Positions 1 through 13,310 of a stretch of DNA of 64,000 bases are shown here, piece after piece. This DNA is from Octopus sinensis. Taxonomy: Eukaryota. The notes beneath the pieces are model-generated. The model saw only the letters and a program-made list of their open reading frames with translations, had not been told where the DNA came from and made no database searches. Each line of letters begins with the position of its first letter. The stretch's first letter is position 1. Where the stretch lies: contig NC_043008.1 in the NCBI RefSeq assembly GCF_006345805.1, positions 24,242,001-24,306,000 on the forward strand, written 5' to 3'. The position numbers and the translations under genes were made by a program.

Positions 1-172
1 TTCTGGAGCCACCTTGAGGCCATGGTGGAAGCTGAGGGTGGCTACTTTGAGTATACTGTTATCTATCAGTCGTAGTCGTTATTTTTTGATTTTTTAAAAA
101 TACTTTTATTTCTGGATGGGTATCATGTTCTCTCTTCCTTTCATGCAAACTGTCAAATTTAGCCCAAACACT
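1..172 (+). mobile_element. 3' end of a Tc1/mariner (maT/DD37D-like) transposon
   Basis: Bases 1-54 translate FWSHLEAMVEAEGGYFEY, typical of the maT transposase C-terminus (R.RLEAV..A.GG..E). A TIR-like end near 150-172 is followed by TA. Confidence 0.6.
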
Positions 173-1790
173 ATAAATTACAAAATAATACAATAGATAT
201 ATGGCTGGTAATGCTGTCATGATATTGAGAGCAAAAAAATCATAGAAAACTTAAAAAAGAAGGCACCATGATTGTATAGAAAGTTTTTCATTTTATACAT
301 GATTTCTGGGATTATATATATATGTATGTACATACAATTATATGTATATATGTAAAGAATCAATTGATGCTTCAATCAGAATTTCACACACATATAGTAG
401 TACATGTATACTTGTTCAGGCATTATTCCATAATGATAGAACTGTATTGGGTAGCACCAGCTAGACCTATTATAATTGGTCAAGCCCTGTTCTGTGGCCA
501 AATATATAGCAGGTCAGGAATATTGTTGTTAGCTACAATACTGTAGTATAAGATATATATATATATATATGGGGAAAGGGGACTCATAAAATTAATATTT
601 ATATTTACAACGATAAAAGGAAGCAAAAGAATGAGTGATAAAGATAGCTTTAGAATGTCACACAAAAATAATTGCATTCAAGGAAGACAAAGAATGAGGT
701 TCATTCCATTAACTAAAGTATATTACAGCTGTCAATTGAGCCAAGATGGATCAAAAGCAAGACTGAGTCCAGTAGGATATGGTTACCATTAGCTTTATGT
801 TCCCTATAGCATGCATTACATTTCTCACTTCTTGCTTTACACATACATAACATACACACAGATATATACATACATATGCATGTATATACATACATACACA
901 TTTATGTGTATGTGAGATTGTGCATTTGTGTATTTTGTGGTAAATGAAGATGCATGCTTATATTCAAATATTGATTGCACTTTAAATATATACACATTAA
1001 GACATACTGTCAACTTATACACATACCTTCACACATACATTAATTATATTCCACTTAGTTTATCAGTTTATAAATACATATTTTATCCAGTTATTTACAT
1101 GTAACTTACACATATATACACTTATAAACACACAAACATTCATGTACACTTGTCAATATCTAGCATTCGTAGAGCATTATTTGAACTGGAAGCAAACAGC
1201 ACAGGAGCTTCATTTTATGTTCACTTGACTTTTCTCAAAACCTATTGTGGTAACTATGTACATCCAAAATAAGTAATTCACAATAATTTCACTCGGAAAC
1301 TCCTTCAACCCACCAGTTTAAGATGATCAGATGAGGCTATAAAGCCTTAACTAACCCTTTTTTTCTACATTTTTAAAATAAAAAAAAATGATCACAAAAT
1401 AAAATTAATGCCTAGTAAAAGATCAGGATGAAAATTGACTGTGTAATATAGTTTGTGTACACTTGCATTTACATTTAAGTGTTTAATGTTTCTGCCATCA
1501 CATTGATCAAATTATGTTTTACTTTTTGTAGTTAATAACTTTGCTCTTATCTTCTTCAGCCTCTGTATTTTACATTTCTTTTAAATTAATCAAGGACAAG
1601 TGATCTGTATTTTTAAATCTTTTGAGAATGCCTGGATTGCTATTTTGATGTTTTTGTGTTCTCTTTCATAAATACAAAAAATATATAATACACCTGTGCA
1701 TGTGAGTGTGTGTCTGAATATAGGTGTATATATATATATAGATAGATATGTACATACAGATACAGAAATACGTAATGTGTGTGTGTATGT

Positions 1791-1838
<48 letters not shown>

Positions 1839-1906
1839 TAGCTGATGGTGACCCGCTCTATGCGCGGGTAAGAGTGTGGTTGTTACTTTCTGTTGCTTCC
1901 TTTCAG

Positions 1907-2209
1907 CACGTAAAAAGCACCATCCGAACATGGCCGATTGCAGCGCCGCCTTGACTGGCTTCTGTGCCGGTGGCACGTAAAAAGCACCAACTGATCGTGG
2001 CCGCTGCCAGCCCCCCTGGCACCTGTGCCGGCGGCACGAAAAAGCATCCACTACGCTCACAGAGTGGTTGGCGTTAGGAAGGGCATCCATCTGTAGAAAC
2101 ACTGCCAGATCAGACTGGAGCCTGGTGCAGCCTCCTGGCTTCCCAGACCCCAGTCAAACTGTCCAACCCGTGCTAGCACAGAAAACGGACGTTAAACGAT
2201 GATGATGAT
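1907..2209 (+). mobile_element. SINE 3' part with GGCGTTAGGAAGGGCATCC central domain and RTE-like (GAT)n tail
   Basis: Internal repeats GGCACGTAAAAAGCAC and the end ACGGACGTTAAACGATGATGATG. Homologous copies lie at 6684-6930 (+) and 9876-10050 (-). Confidence 0.8.
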
Positions 2210-2457
2210 TCTCCCTCTTTGTTTCTCTCTCACTTTCCCCACTTTCTTACTCTTCCTTTCTCTCGGACTCTCCCTCGCTTTCTCTTACTCTCTATCTTTA
2301 TCTATCTCTCTCCCATTTAGAAACAACAAAAGATCTTGAGTAAGTTGAGAAATAAAATATTTAGAAAGATCAATCATAAATATCAGGCAGTAACAACGGA
2401 AAGGTCTGCTTCAAGGCAGACAGCAAAACACTGAATAAAAATAATAAAATATTGGAA

Positions 2458-2740
2458 ACCAAAGTTTGAAGGGATAGAATCTGAGGATAGTAGAGTCACC
2501 ATGGCTGGCATTTCTTAACGATGGACAGCAACGTTTTGACAGTTTAACGGCTGGCGTAAAATTTTGAACTTGATGTAAAAGAAAATCCCTAAACACCAAG
2601 TTTTGAAGTGATTCTTTCTCACGACAGTAGACTCACCATGGCAAGCATTCAAAACTTCTTCATCATGGACGGCAACACATTGACGATTAAAAGGCTGGCG
2701 CAAATTTTTTAGCTTGATGTAACAGAGAATTCCTAAACAC
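2458..2740. repeat. Diverged two-copy tandem repeat, ~140-bp unit
   Basis: The motifs AGTAGA(G/C)TCACCATGGC, GGCTGGCG..AAATTTT..CTTGATGTAA and CCTAAACACC each occur twice about 140 bp apart. Confidence 0.7.
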
Positions 2741-3711
2741 CCGCTCCTTTAAATTTTAATCCCCTTCCAGCCCCATTTAGACCCTTTTCACATTTTGGTT
2801 AATATAACCCGATTTATAAGATGAGAAATTTTGTCCTAGAGGTGACGCCTTTCATTTGAGGGAAAAAATTAGTTGTCATGCAAACTTGCGAGCACTTTTA
2901 ACATAGGTCTGCATATTTTCAGCTCAACCGACCACATAATGCACACATTATATATATATATGTATATATGTGTGTGTGTTGGAGTCTCTCTCATACGTGA
3001 GCATTGACGCTGAATTCGACTGGTAAGCAGGTAACCTTGTCTTTGTTGAAATAGTTGTGAGCTGCTGGAATTATTTCTCCGACGGGTAATAGGAATTTCC
3101 ATATCCTCCGAGGAAATTAACTGTTGATCCAGACAATTAGAATTAATTCTAATAAAAGCATCAATATAAGAAAATATAATAAGGTAGTAAAAAATGAGAA
3201 TTTAGCACGAAAAATTTGCAGGGTTCTAAATAAATGTTAAAATGTAATAGATACGAAAAACCTACGTTATCACCAGAACATGAACGCTGGTTGGTGTGTT
3301 CTGTTTGTATTTGCTCCGTCGGTGCGTTGACAGGCAGACAATAGAATGCGATGGCGGTGGCGATCATAATTCTCTCTATGAATGCAGACAGATACATAAA
3401 AGAAGGCCGTTTGAGGAAGTGAAAGTAATGGGAATGTATGAAATAGAGTGAGTGAAAAAGTGCTGGGAAGAGAGGAAATAGCGAGAGTGAGTTGAGGAAG
3501 ACAGATACATTAAAGAACCGGAGTGGACTTGTCAAAGTGGGTTTTTGGCCCTAGCAACGACACCTTTTAAGATAGGGATTTCTAAGGTAGCCCACAGGCA
3601 TCGTCACCTCATTTTACATGTCCCTGTAAATTTTGGAGTCAATCGGACGGGATGTAGTGGCCTTGAAAGTGATCCAAGCGGTAAAAACGCATTTCAGTTT
3701 TATATATAGAG

Positions 3712-3746
<35 letters not shown>

Positions 3747-4536
3747 CATATATATTGACAATCACTAAGCTGTTCACAAACAAACATGTACATATATGCA
3801 TATGTGTATGTGTGTGTATATATATATATATGTATATATACGTATATATTGACAATCACCAAGGTGTTCACTAAGTGCACAGCCTAGCATGTTCACTGTT
3901 TCCTGTATATTGAAATATGAAGTAAGGCATAATGCATGATGATCTTGTATGTCGTAGCTTCCAAAAGCTTGCCTCACTTTGATGTATATTATGTTTTAAC
4001 CTAACATGTATATGAAGAGGTGTCATCTCAGAGAAAATCTATGGCATCATGTTATTTACTGGTGTATATAGTATGATACACAAATGACAAGATACACACA
4101 CATACACGTATGTATAGAAACACATACAATTACACAAATTCAAACACATGCATTCTTAAATATATCTATTTTTTTCTTCTTTAGACTGTAAGGCAATGCC
4201 TATGACCTATTATATATATATATATAAATTCTTTTATTTGTTTCAGTCATTTGACTGTGGCCATGCTGGAGCACCACCTATAATTATATAAAATTTCCAG
4301 GATCCAATAGAATCAAGGCATTTGTATAACAAAGGCACTAAGGTAGAGTTGGGCATAGTGTACCTATGCTCTAATAGTGAATACAGTGCTTACAAAAGTA
4401 AAAACAGATTTGTCCCTCCAGTTATGCACACATTCACAAGTATTGACCAAATACACAATGTATACACAGGAGTAAACTGTGACACCTATTCCACAGTGAA
4501 GATCCAATGCAGGGTAGGTTCTAAGTGTGGTGAATT

Positions 4537-5169
4537 ATAAACAATAACACAGATGAGTTGTTTCAGACATGTTCTTTATTGATGAATAAAACAATTACAT
4601 CATGTAAAAAGAACATTTAGGATTTTTCACACAAATAGTATATAATGTATATTACTTGTATCTCGGTTATAGCAGAGAAAGTGGATAAAGAATGCTATTC
4701 TTGGCACCCCTTTGCTGCTATTTGGTGGTGCCTTCACTTTGTTTCATCTCATCTTAATTTTATTTAGTCATTCAATCTCTCGTTTATCTTGATGTCATCA
4801 AATGAGGGACAGCCATCTTGTCCCATCGAGTGCTAGATTTTGAGACCCTTTGATATCCTTTAAGTGGATGAGAGTTTTTTCTTTTTTCATTTTCTCTCCT
4901 CTTATATTTCTCTTTTGTTGTTTAATTTATTACAAAGTATATTTACTTTGAAATAGCTTTCCCTATTCAGTCTCTCAGTTATAACTGAGATGGGAGGGTC
5001 AATACACTTTAGGTACTATTTGTGTGAAAAATTCGAAATTTTAGATTTTATTCTTAATACACCTGCAGGAAACGTTTTTTTTTTACATGATGTAATTGTT
5101 TTGTTCATCAATAAAGCACATATTTGAAATAGCTGTAATGACCCTAAGGCCATCTGTGCTATTGTTTAT
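4537..5169. repeat. Long imperfect inverted repeat (arms ~4537-4700 and ~4953-5169)
   Basis: Complementary pairs include ATAAACAATAACACAGATG/CATCTGTGCTATTGTTTAT, TTACATCATGTAAAAA/TTTTTACATGATGTAA and TTTTCACACAAATAGTA/TACTATTTGTGTGAAAA. Confidence 0.85.
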
Positions 5170-5232
5170 ATATATCTATATGTGTGTGTGTTCTAGCATG
5201 ACTGAAGTGAGTAAAAGAATGTATATATATCA

Positions 5233-5702
5233 ATTATAATTAAGGGCATACAAAGAAATTTTCTGGCCTATATGCTGAAAAATACATGCTAAATTGTCTC
5301 ACCACTTAAGAAGTCACAAATTTACACATGTTGAAATCAAAGCAACAAGTTAACAGAAATCATTAATAAAATAGATAGCCCAGAATTAGCTAATTTCTGG
5401 ATTTGCCCAATGGCTTTTCCTTCTTTAGCAGGGCACACATACAGGAAATAATGAGATGTTTATACATACAGGAAAGCAAGATGCAAAGCTATAAATACCC
5501 CAGATAACTCTTTTGTCGGGGGTATTTATGGCTTTGCGTTTTCCTTTCTTGAGGGTATGTATAAATATCTCATTTATTTCCTGTGTGTGTCCTGCTGAAG
5601 AAGGAAAAGCCATTGGGAAAATCCAGAAATTAGCTAATCCAGAGCTATCTATTTTATTAATAATTTCTGTTGATTTCTTTCTATGCCCTTATTATAATTA
5701 TA
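5233..5702. repeat. Fold-back palindrome centred near 5508 (probable inverted PLE pseudo-LTRs)
   Basis: 5351-5505 is the near reverse complement of 5512-5670. Outer arms 5233-5260 and 5672-5702 pair beyond a ~100-bp insertion in the left arm. Confidence 0.9.
5592..5642 (+). ncRNA. Minimal type I hammerhead ribozyme motif
   Basis: CTG-CTGAAGA-(stem II GGA..TCC)-GAAA-TTAGCTAA(palindromic stem III)-TC-CAG. The mirror copy in the left arm has a mutated core (CTAAAGA). Confidence 0.7.
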
Positions 5703-5926
5703 TAAATAGTTTTCCTTTAATTAGTCTTTTTCTATATGCTGGCTACTGATAAAATTTAAAAAAATAAATTATCCTTTGTTATTGCAATTGAAATATATTA
5801 TATATATATATATATATATATGCATGTATGTATTTATATATATATATATGTATGTATGGTCATACACACATGTGTGTGTATTTTATAGGATATATAATAT
5901 ATACATAATATATATATATATATAAA

Positions 5927-6330
5927 GCACAGGAGTGGCTGTGTGGTATGTAGCTTGCTTACCAGCCACATGGTTCAGGGTTCAGTTTCACTGTGTGGCA
6001 CCTTGGACAAGTGTCTTCTGCTATAGCTTTGGGCTGACCAAAGCCTTGTGAGTGGATTTGTTAGATGGAAACTGAAAAGAAGCCCATCATATATATATAT
6101 ATGTATGTGTGTGTAAATGTTTGTGTGTCTGTGCTTGCACCCCCCTACCCCCGCAACATCACTTGACAACTATTGTTGGTGTGTTTACGTCCCTGTAACT
6201 TAGTATTCCGGCAAAAGGACTGATAAAATAAGTACTAGGCTTACAAAGAATAAGTCCTGGGGTCGATTTGCCAACTAAAGGTGGTGCTCCAGCATGGCTG
6301 CAGTCAAATGACTAAAAGAAGTAAAAGAAT
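5927..6330 (+). mobile_element. Full-length tRNA-derived CORE-type SINE
   Basis: A-box/B-box-like head (TGGCTGTGTGG ... GGTTCAGTTTC), CORE-like GGCACCTTGG(G/A)CAAGTG, an internal (TA/TG)n linker and the tail GTGCTCCAGCATGGC..CAGTCAAATGACT. Many copies occur in the window. Confidence 0.85.
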
Positions 6331-6331
6331 G

Positions 6332-6369
<38 letters not shown>

Positions 6370-6683
6370 GGTATTTTGATGCAAACAGGAAAAATAAAAC
6401 TTAAAATATGAGCATTTGTATATTTTTGATAAATGCCAATGTAAGAAACTCTCAGACCTTAGTTACTCTGTTACTTCTGTTAATTCTTGATATATATATA
6501 TATCTTATAAATATCATCATTATCAGACATTTAATGATGATGATAATGATATATATTACATATATATATATATATAACACATATATACATAAATATATGT
6601 ATATATAATATATTTATATAAAACAGATATAATGGACATAAATGTATGTGTGTATATATATATATATATGTATGTATGTAAAG

Positions 6684-6930
6684 TAGGTGGCATTTGGAAG
6701 GGCATCCAGCTGTAAAAGTCATGCTAAAACTAACCTCACCTGTGCTAGTGCCACGTAAAAAGCACTGAATCCACTCTGCAGAGTGGTTGGTGTTAGGAAG
6801 GGGCATCCAGTCATAAAAACCCTGGCAAAATAGACACAGTAGTCTGGGGTGGTCTTCTACCCGGCTGGCTCCTGTCAACCATCATCCTACACATGCATGG
6901 AAGATGAATGTTAAACGATGATGATGATTA
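6684..6930 (+). mobile_element. SINE fragment, same family as 1907-2209
   Basis: GAGTGGTTGGTGTTAGGAAGGGGCATCCAG ... GTTAAACGATGATGAT. Confidence 0.75.
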
Positions 6931-9056
6931 TATACATACATACATATGGACATATATATATGTGTGTGTGTGTATATGTATTTATGTAATATATACGCAT
7001 GTGTATTTTTTTGTGTATATGTTATGTACTCATGTAATTATATATTTATACTACGTAAAGTATATGACTGGATTATTTAGTTTGAAATAATTTACTTCTT
7101 TACACATGTTTGAGCGACTATCAGAATATTCATGCAATTATCATAAACTGATTCTTACAACATCTGTAGATGAACACATGTGGAAAGTGAAGTTAAAATG
7201 TAGTGATTTTTCAACTAAAATGTAGTGCTATAGGTACTGGACTGCCATAGAATAGTAACAAGTATGCATACAGGTTATATATATTGGAATCTATTCAAAA
7301 ATTTGGAGCTGATAATTTACAAAATAAGAATAATGAAATCTGTAATCATAAAATATTGGTTTCAAATTTTGACACAAGGCCACTAATTTCGGGGGTTGGG
7401 AGCTACATGAGTACATGGAAAACAGTGTTTGACTGGTATTTATCTTATTGATCCTGAAAGGCTGAGTTACATTGGTGAAATTTGAACTCAAAACAAAGAC
7501 GGACCCCTAAGCCTTTTGCCAGGTATGCTAACAATTCTGCCAGATCAATGCCTTCTGTAATCATAAAATATTGACACAATTATAATGTAAAATTTATGCA
7601 AAAGGTAGTGCTCCAGCATGGCTGCAGTCAAATGACTGAAACGTGTAAAAAAAAATATATATATTTATAAACACACACACAAACTTACATGTGTACACAT
7701 ACACATGTGTATGTACATTCATATACATAAATATATATGTACATATATGTGTATATATATATAGATACAAACACACACATATAAATAAGGATAAGATTGT
7801 AATTTGAAATACCGATCATATTTGTCTTTTCTCCTGGTGCTCATGATGTGGTTTAAGAGCCAAGTTTTGACTGCTATCTCTAGCATGGTGATATCTTTTA
7901 GATACTCTTAATTATTATACACACACACACATATATATATATTATATATATGGAAGTATAATGTATGTGTGTGTGCAATCATATGCAAGTGTATGTGTGT
8001 ATATACATGTGTGTACAGAATTTAGTTATAAGGATTCATTAGAATCTGGGCATATTAACACAGGGTACCAGAAATGGCTTGGTATGGTAACATAGAGCTG
8101 ACAGTGAGGTGAACAACATTGAAGACATCAAGTGTTGGTAAGATACTGTAGATGTCAAATCCAATTTAGACCGTAGATCTAATTCTGAGATTGCTTCCTG
8201 GTGTGGCATAGGTATAAAAAGTAAGCAGAAATGGCATTTAAAGTTGACAACAGCTGTTTCAGTAGAATTTTATTAAGGCATTCATAAAAGACTACATCAA
8301 AACTTCATAACAATATGCCCATGTAGTCTTCCATGTACCAGTGTTAGTCATAAATTAATTTAGGTAAGTGAATTTAAACAGTGTGGTTGTTTAATTTCTC
8401 TACTTCTTCATATTTGACTGTTTCAGATATACATTTATTGCTCCTACATAAATTGGAATGAATTACTGATCCATCTTGCAATGGATTTGTCCAGATTAAT
8501 GTAAGAAATCTCACCTATTTGAATCCCACATCTTTAAAGTTTTACCTGTTGATGGAAGATTGTATGTTATGATGTAATCTTCTACGAATTCATTTATAAA
8601 ATTCTACCAAAACAGTTTTAAAGCCTTTTGTTTACTTCTCATATCTATCTATCTATCAATCATCTATATAAATACACACACTCATACATGTATGTAGGTA
8701 TATATATATATATATATATGTATTTCAAAAGGTTTAATGAAAGCACTCACATACCAGAAAGACTTCTTCCCCACAAAAGTTAGTAACGACCTCATTTTCA
8801 TAACATTTTCTTAGAAAATAATTTTTTTACAGCAATCCACTTTACACATCAAAAACTGTATTAAGTAATCATCACAGACTTTCAAATATATACAAACATA
8901 CAGGTAAATATACACATACACAAACACATATATGTATATACAAACATATATAGCACATGTATATATATATATATACATGCATACACACACACATATATAT
9001 ATACATACATATATACTTAAATATGCATATATATACACATATATATATATACACAC

Positions 9057-9091
<35 letters not shown>

Positions 9092-9249
9092 CACATATAT
9101 ATACATATATATATACACATATATATACATATATGAACAAATATATATATACACATACATATATATAAATAAATACATACATGTATCTATATATATATAT
9201 ATATACATATACACAAACACACATATATATACAATATATATACATATAC

Positions 9250-9345
9250 ATGACAGGCTTCTTTCAGTTTCTGTCTACCAAATCCACTCACAAGGCTTTG
9301 GTCGGCCTGAGGCTATAGTAGAAGACACTTGCCCAAGGTGCCACG
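9250..9345 (-). mobile_element. CORE-type SINE fragment
   Basis: Reverse complement of the 5990-6090 segment. Confidence 0.8.
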
Positions 9346-9602
9346 TATATATATGTATATATGTACATATATATGTATATAGCCGAAATTGCAAAGATAA
9401 TAAAGAACTCGACTGAGGAAAGAAAACTCTGAATGACCTGTCCTTGTTTTCTTTGTATCGTCTATCTGGATGTTTTGTTGTCCCTTTTCTGTACCACCTA
9501 ACTGTCTGGATAATTTGCATTCTTGTCCCATTTTGTATTTTGTATACATAAAACATATAGCAGCATACGTACACTTTGGTCTCTTATATGTAAGTATATA
9601 TT

Positions 9603-9650
<48 letters not shown>

Positions 9651-9657
9651 TATATAG

Positions 9658-9738
9658 CTGAAGATTGCTCTACATTTTAAATTGATATAATGTTTGCATT
9701 GTTCAATTAAAAGGAGTTGCATGAAACGATCGTACACC
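9658..9738 (+). ncRNA. Hammerhead motif in a PLE pseudo-LTR remnant, 5' strand of stem I lost
   Basis: CTGAAGA-TTGC...GCAT-GAAA-CGATCG(palindrome)-TA-CACC. The upstream stem I strand is replaced by (TA)n-derived sequence. Confidence 0.6.
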
Positions 9739-9875
9739 ATTACCTCTGGATATCCTTGTTGCTTATTTTGATTATAATCACCCCATTTTGAATTATATGG
9801 ATAATACCATACTAAATTCTGGTGCCTTTAACTTAAGTACCATATTCATCTGAATCTAAATTTTATTGAACTATA

Positions 9876-10050
9876 TCATCATCATCATCATTTAACGTCC
9901 GTTTTCCACGCTAGCACGGGTTGGACGGTTTTGACCGGGGTCTGGGGAGCTCGGGACTGCCCCAGGCTCCAGTCTAGTCTGGCAGTGTTTCTACAGCTGG
10001 ATGCCCTTCCTAACGCCAACCACTCCGCGAGTGTAGTGGGTGTTTTTTAC
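9876..10050 (-). mobile_element. SINE 3' part, same family as 1907-2209
   Basis: (ATC)n-TTTAACGTCCGTTTTCC ... GGATGCCCTTCCTAACGCCAACCACTC. Confidence 0.85.
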
Positions 10051-10613
10051 ATATCTATGTATATATATTTATATATCTGTATACATATACATACATATAT
10101 ACCTGTGTGTATATATATATATATATGTCACCACACCTCACACGACCACACCACACACAACCGCACCACACCACCCCACACAAACACTAGCATTGCCCAA
10201 TTCCCAGCACCCATACCATCATCCACAGCTACACATGCAAATTTCAAGATCACCAGCCCCCATCTCATGCACATACGCACGCACACGTTCGTTTTGGGAT
10301 TACCACTACTTTATTATCTCCGCTTCTTCCTAGCTCTCCTGTGTGACCCCTCTGTCCAGTATTTGCCATGATAGATCGCAAGCCACTAAACTTTTTTCAT
10401 TTCCTCTCTGCGTGTGCTTCTGTGTTCCTTTCTGTCGAAGAGCGTATGCTCGAAACAAAAGATTTTCTCACTTCCCGAGTGTTAAACTAATACAGCTGTA
10501 TGTTGTTTACACACCCGTCTTCGTCTTTTTTGGTAATTCTCACTATATATATATATATCCATATATTTATATTTATATATATATATAGATATATACGTAC
10601 ATATAAACATACA

Positions 10614-10713
10614 NNNNNNNNNNNNNNNNNNNNNNNNNNNNNNNNNNNNNNNNNNNNNNNNNNNNNNNNNNNNNNNNNNNNNNNNNNNNNNNNNNNNNNN
10701 NNNNNNNNNNNNN
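10614..10713. other. Assembly gap (100 N)
   Basis: Run of N characters. Confidence 1.
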
Positions 10714-12221
10714 TGTCTTGACAATGGTGTTACTCCAGAGCAGTGGAAAACTGCCAGTGTTAACCCTCTGTTCAAAAAAGGTGACCGCACATCGCCTGTC
10801 AACTATCGCCCCGTTAGTCTTACTAGCTGCATCGCCAAACTGATGGAATCCTGTATCAGGGAAACCCTCTGGAACTTCTCGAAGTCTCACAGCCTCATCC
10901 AGCCGTCACAATTTGGATTTATTCCTAACTCCAGCTGCAGTAATCAACTCATCGAGTTTCTTGAAGACGTTACCCAAATCACTGATCACGGATCCTGGGT
11001 GGATGTGGTTTACCTGGACTTTGCTAAGGCTTTTAACTCTGTGTCACACAAAAGACTTATGGTGAAGCTCTCCGCGTTGGGCGTAAGAGACGAACTCTAT
11101 AACTGGTTGAAGTCCTTTATTTTCGGCCGAAAAGAGGTTGTCACAGTTCTAGGACAGCACTCTTCACCCTATGAGGTGACATCTGGTGTACCACAGGGAT
11201 CTGTTCTTGGCCCCCTTTTATTTGTTGCATACTTAAAAGAATGCCACAGTGCTGAAATATGCAGATGACATCAAGCTGTACCTCGAAATAAAGAGGTCAG
11301 AACCTGTACACTATAGATCTCTATTGCAAGCAGACCTGGACACAATGCAGCAGTGGATCATGGACTGGCAACTCAAGCTGGCTGTGGACAAATGTACCAC
11401 CATGCATTTTGGGAGGAGAAACCCAGCGTCCACCTACTACCCCCACAACACTAATCTCAAAAAGTCTTCGTGTGAACGTGACCTGGGTGTTATTGTCGAC
11501 AGTGATTTGCGTTGGACAAAACGCATCGCTAAAATTGTCAAGAAGGCTGAGGGTGTCTTGGCATCACTCACCAAATCCTTTGTGAGCCGCTCTCCGACTA
11601 TCTATCTGCGGCTTTATATAGCTATGGTAAGACCTCACCTGGAATTTGCATCACCGGTCTGGAACCCCTATCTTGCCCAGGATATCAATCGTCTGGAAGC
11701 CGTTCAGCGACGTGCAACCAAAAGAATACCCTCCATCAGGCATTTGCCATATTCTGAACGCGTTACTTCCCTGGGCATGGACACATTGAAACTCCGATAT
11801 CTGGCAGCTGACTTGGCAGACACCCTTAAAATTATCAACCATCTTACAAACAATAACTCTGAGCACCTTTTGAAACTCCACCCGTCTAACACCCGTGGAC
11901 ATATTTACAAAGTCAGAAAACAGCACAGCTCCCATGACATTAGGAAACATTTTTTCACGCTGATAGTTGCTGAAGCATGGAACAAACTGCCGGCATCAGT
12001 TGTTAGTTGTCGGAACACTGCATCCTTCAAAACTTCCATGCTTTCTGAGATTTGCCAACACTACCCCTGATTTTCTCCCCTCCATACATACACAAGCATG
12101 TATCTGACTCATACATTGTTCGCTTTCCAGACATTTGTACATTATTGCATGTACTTTATACGCACTTTCTGACAAGTTGTGGTGCATCTGAGCACTGTAT
12201 ACAATAATTTCATTATTATTA
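10714..12221 (+). mobile_element. CR1-like LINE, reverse transcriptase and 3' end, frameshifted near 11230
   Basis: Motifs NYRPVSLT, YLDFAKAFNSV, GVPQGSVLGPLLF, KYADDIKL, ERDLGV and VRPHLEFASPVWNP. Stop at 12070, 3' UTR ending in (ATT)n; the 5' part is lost in the gap. Confidence 0.92.
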
Positions 12222-12720
12222 ACCGTTTACAAATCTTTGTGGACGTTATAGCATCTGCGCAAGTGTGCGCATTAATAGTCACAACATACCTGATTCGGTG
12301 TTGAAATGATGTTGATAATTGATGGACCGTTTTACGAGAAAGGATTATTAAGCTATATCACTTCCCCATGAAGTAAAAAAGGAGACACTCTAACCAAGCG
12401 AGACTTGAAACACAGCGAAGCACGATGGTCAGGCGGTAATATATGACGAAAACGACAGCTATTTTAGGTTGAGACTGGCTAATCTAGCTGTAACCACATC
12501 CCAGTGCCTATCATCCATTCGATAGCCACGCCTTCTTAGGTGCCAACTAGGAAGTTCACTAATTTAACTTGGTTAATTTTTTCTCCTGTCAAAAGCCCTC
12601 ATATTCTTTACAATAGTGCCTACTACATCTGTGCCTGACACCATAACGGTGACATTGTCCATATATGTCGTAACTGTTCGGTCATAGTTCGAACGGAATA
12701 TACCCGAAATACTCAAATTT
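12222..12720 (-). mobile_element. Highly decayed Tx1/L1-like RT fragment
   Basis: The minus strand gives TYMDNVT (resembles AYADDVT) and DRHWDVVTARL, with many stops. Confidence 0.4.
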
Positions 12721-13077
12721 CTGTAGTAATGATGCTCGAGTCAATACGTACAGAAAAGATAACAGATGACACAGTTTTAACAGAGCTGGCTCTTGAAATG
12801 TCTGAGGATGCTCGGAGTCAATAAGAAGGTAAACGACTTTTTGGAGAAAGCAATGAGAGTGTGGGAAGTAGAACTGACATGCGCAAATGAATTGCCTAGT
12901 AACATGGAAACTCGCAGAGGCATTTTCAAAGGAGACTCCCTCTCTCCGTTATTCTTCGTCATGGCTTGTCTATGATTTTGCCCACACCTAGATAAGAATA
13001 AATCATATATAAAAACAACCGAGACAAACCTGGATTCTCTACTCTAAACAGTGAGTGTATTCAGTAAAATATTGGAA

Positions 13078-13310
13078 GGCGGCGAGCTGGCAGAAACGTT
13101 AGCACGTCGGATGAAATGCTTACCAGTATTTCGTCAGCCGTTACGTTCTGAGTTCAAATTCTGCCGAGGTCAACTTTGCCTTTCATCCTTTCGGGGTCGA
13201 TAAATTAAGTACCAGTTACGCACTGATGTCGATGTAATCGACTTAATCCCTTTGTCTGTCCTTGTTTGTCCCCTCTATGTTTAGGCCCCTGGGGGCAATA
13301 AAGAAATAAA
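13078..13310 (+). mobile_element. tRNA-like SINE (GGCGGCGAGCTGGCAGAA family)
   Basis: B-box GAGTTCAAATTC and central GCCTTTCATCCTTTCGGGGTCGATAAA. Copies at 24297-24495 and 44175-44530. Confidence 0.85.

Noticed and set aside
8040-8640. Possible host exon or PLE RT remnant on the minus strand (SFDVV-like)
   Set aside because: Too degenerate, with no continuous frame or second convincing motif.
8811-9251. Numerous ORFs rich in YI/CV/HT/poly-I/poly-M (also 16529-16855, 29114-31003, 41311-43415, 55235-55704)
   Set aside because: These are translations of microsatellites that lack stop codons, not genes.
10430-10470. Hammerhead-like TCGAAGAGCGTATGCTCGAAAC (similar decayed motifs near 27715, 55222-55262 minus and 63381-63415 minus)
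   Set aside because: The core or stems I/III are broken. They are probably decayed PLE hammerheads but cannot be supported individually.
10482-10890. ORFs spanning 10614-10713
   Set aside because: Artefacts of translating through the N gap.
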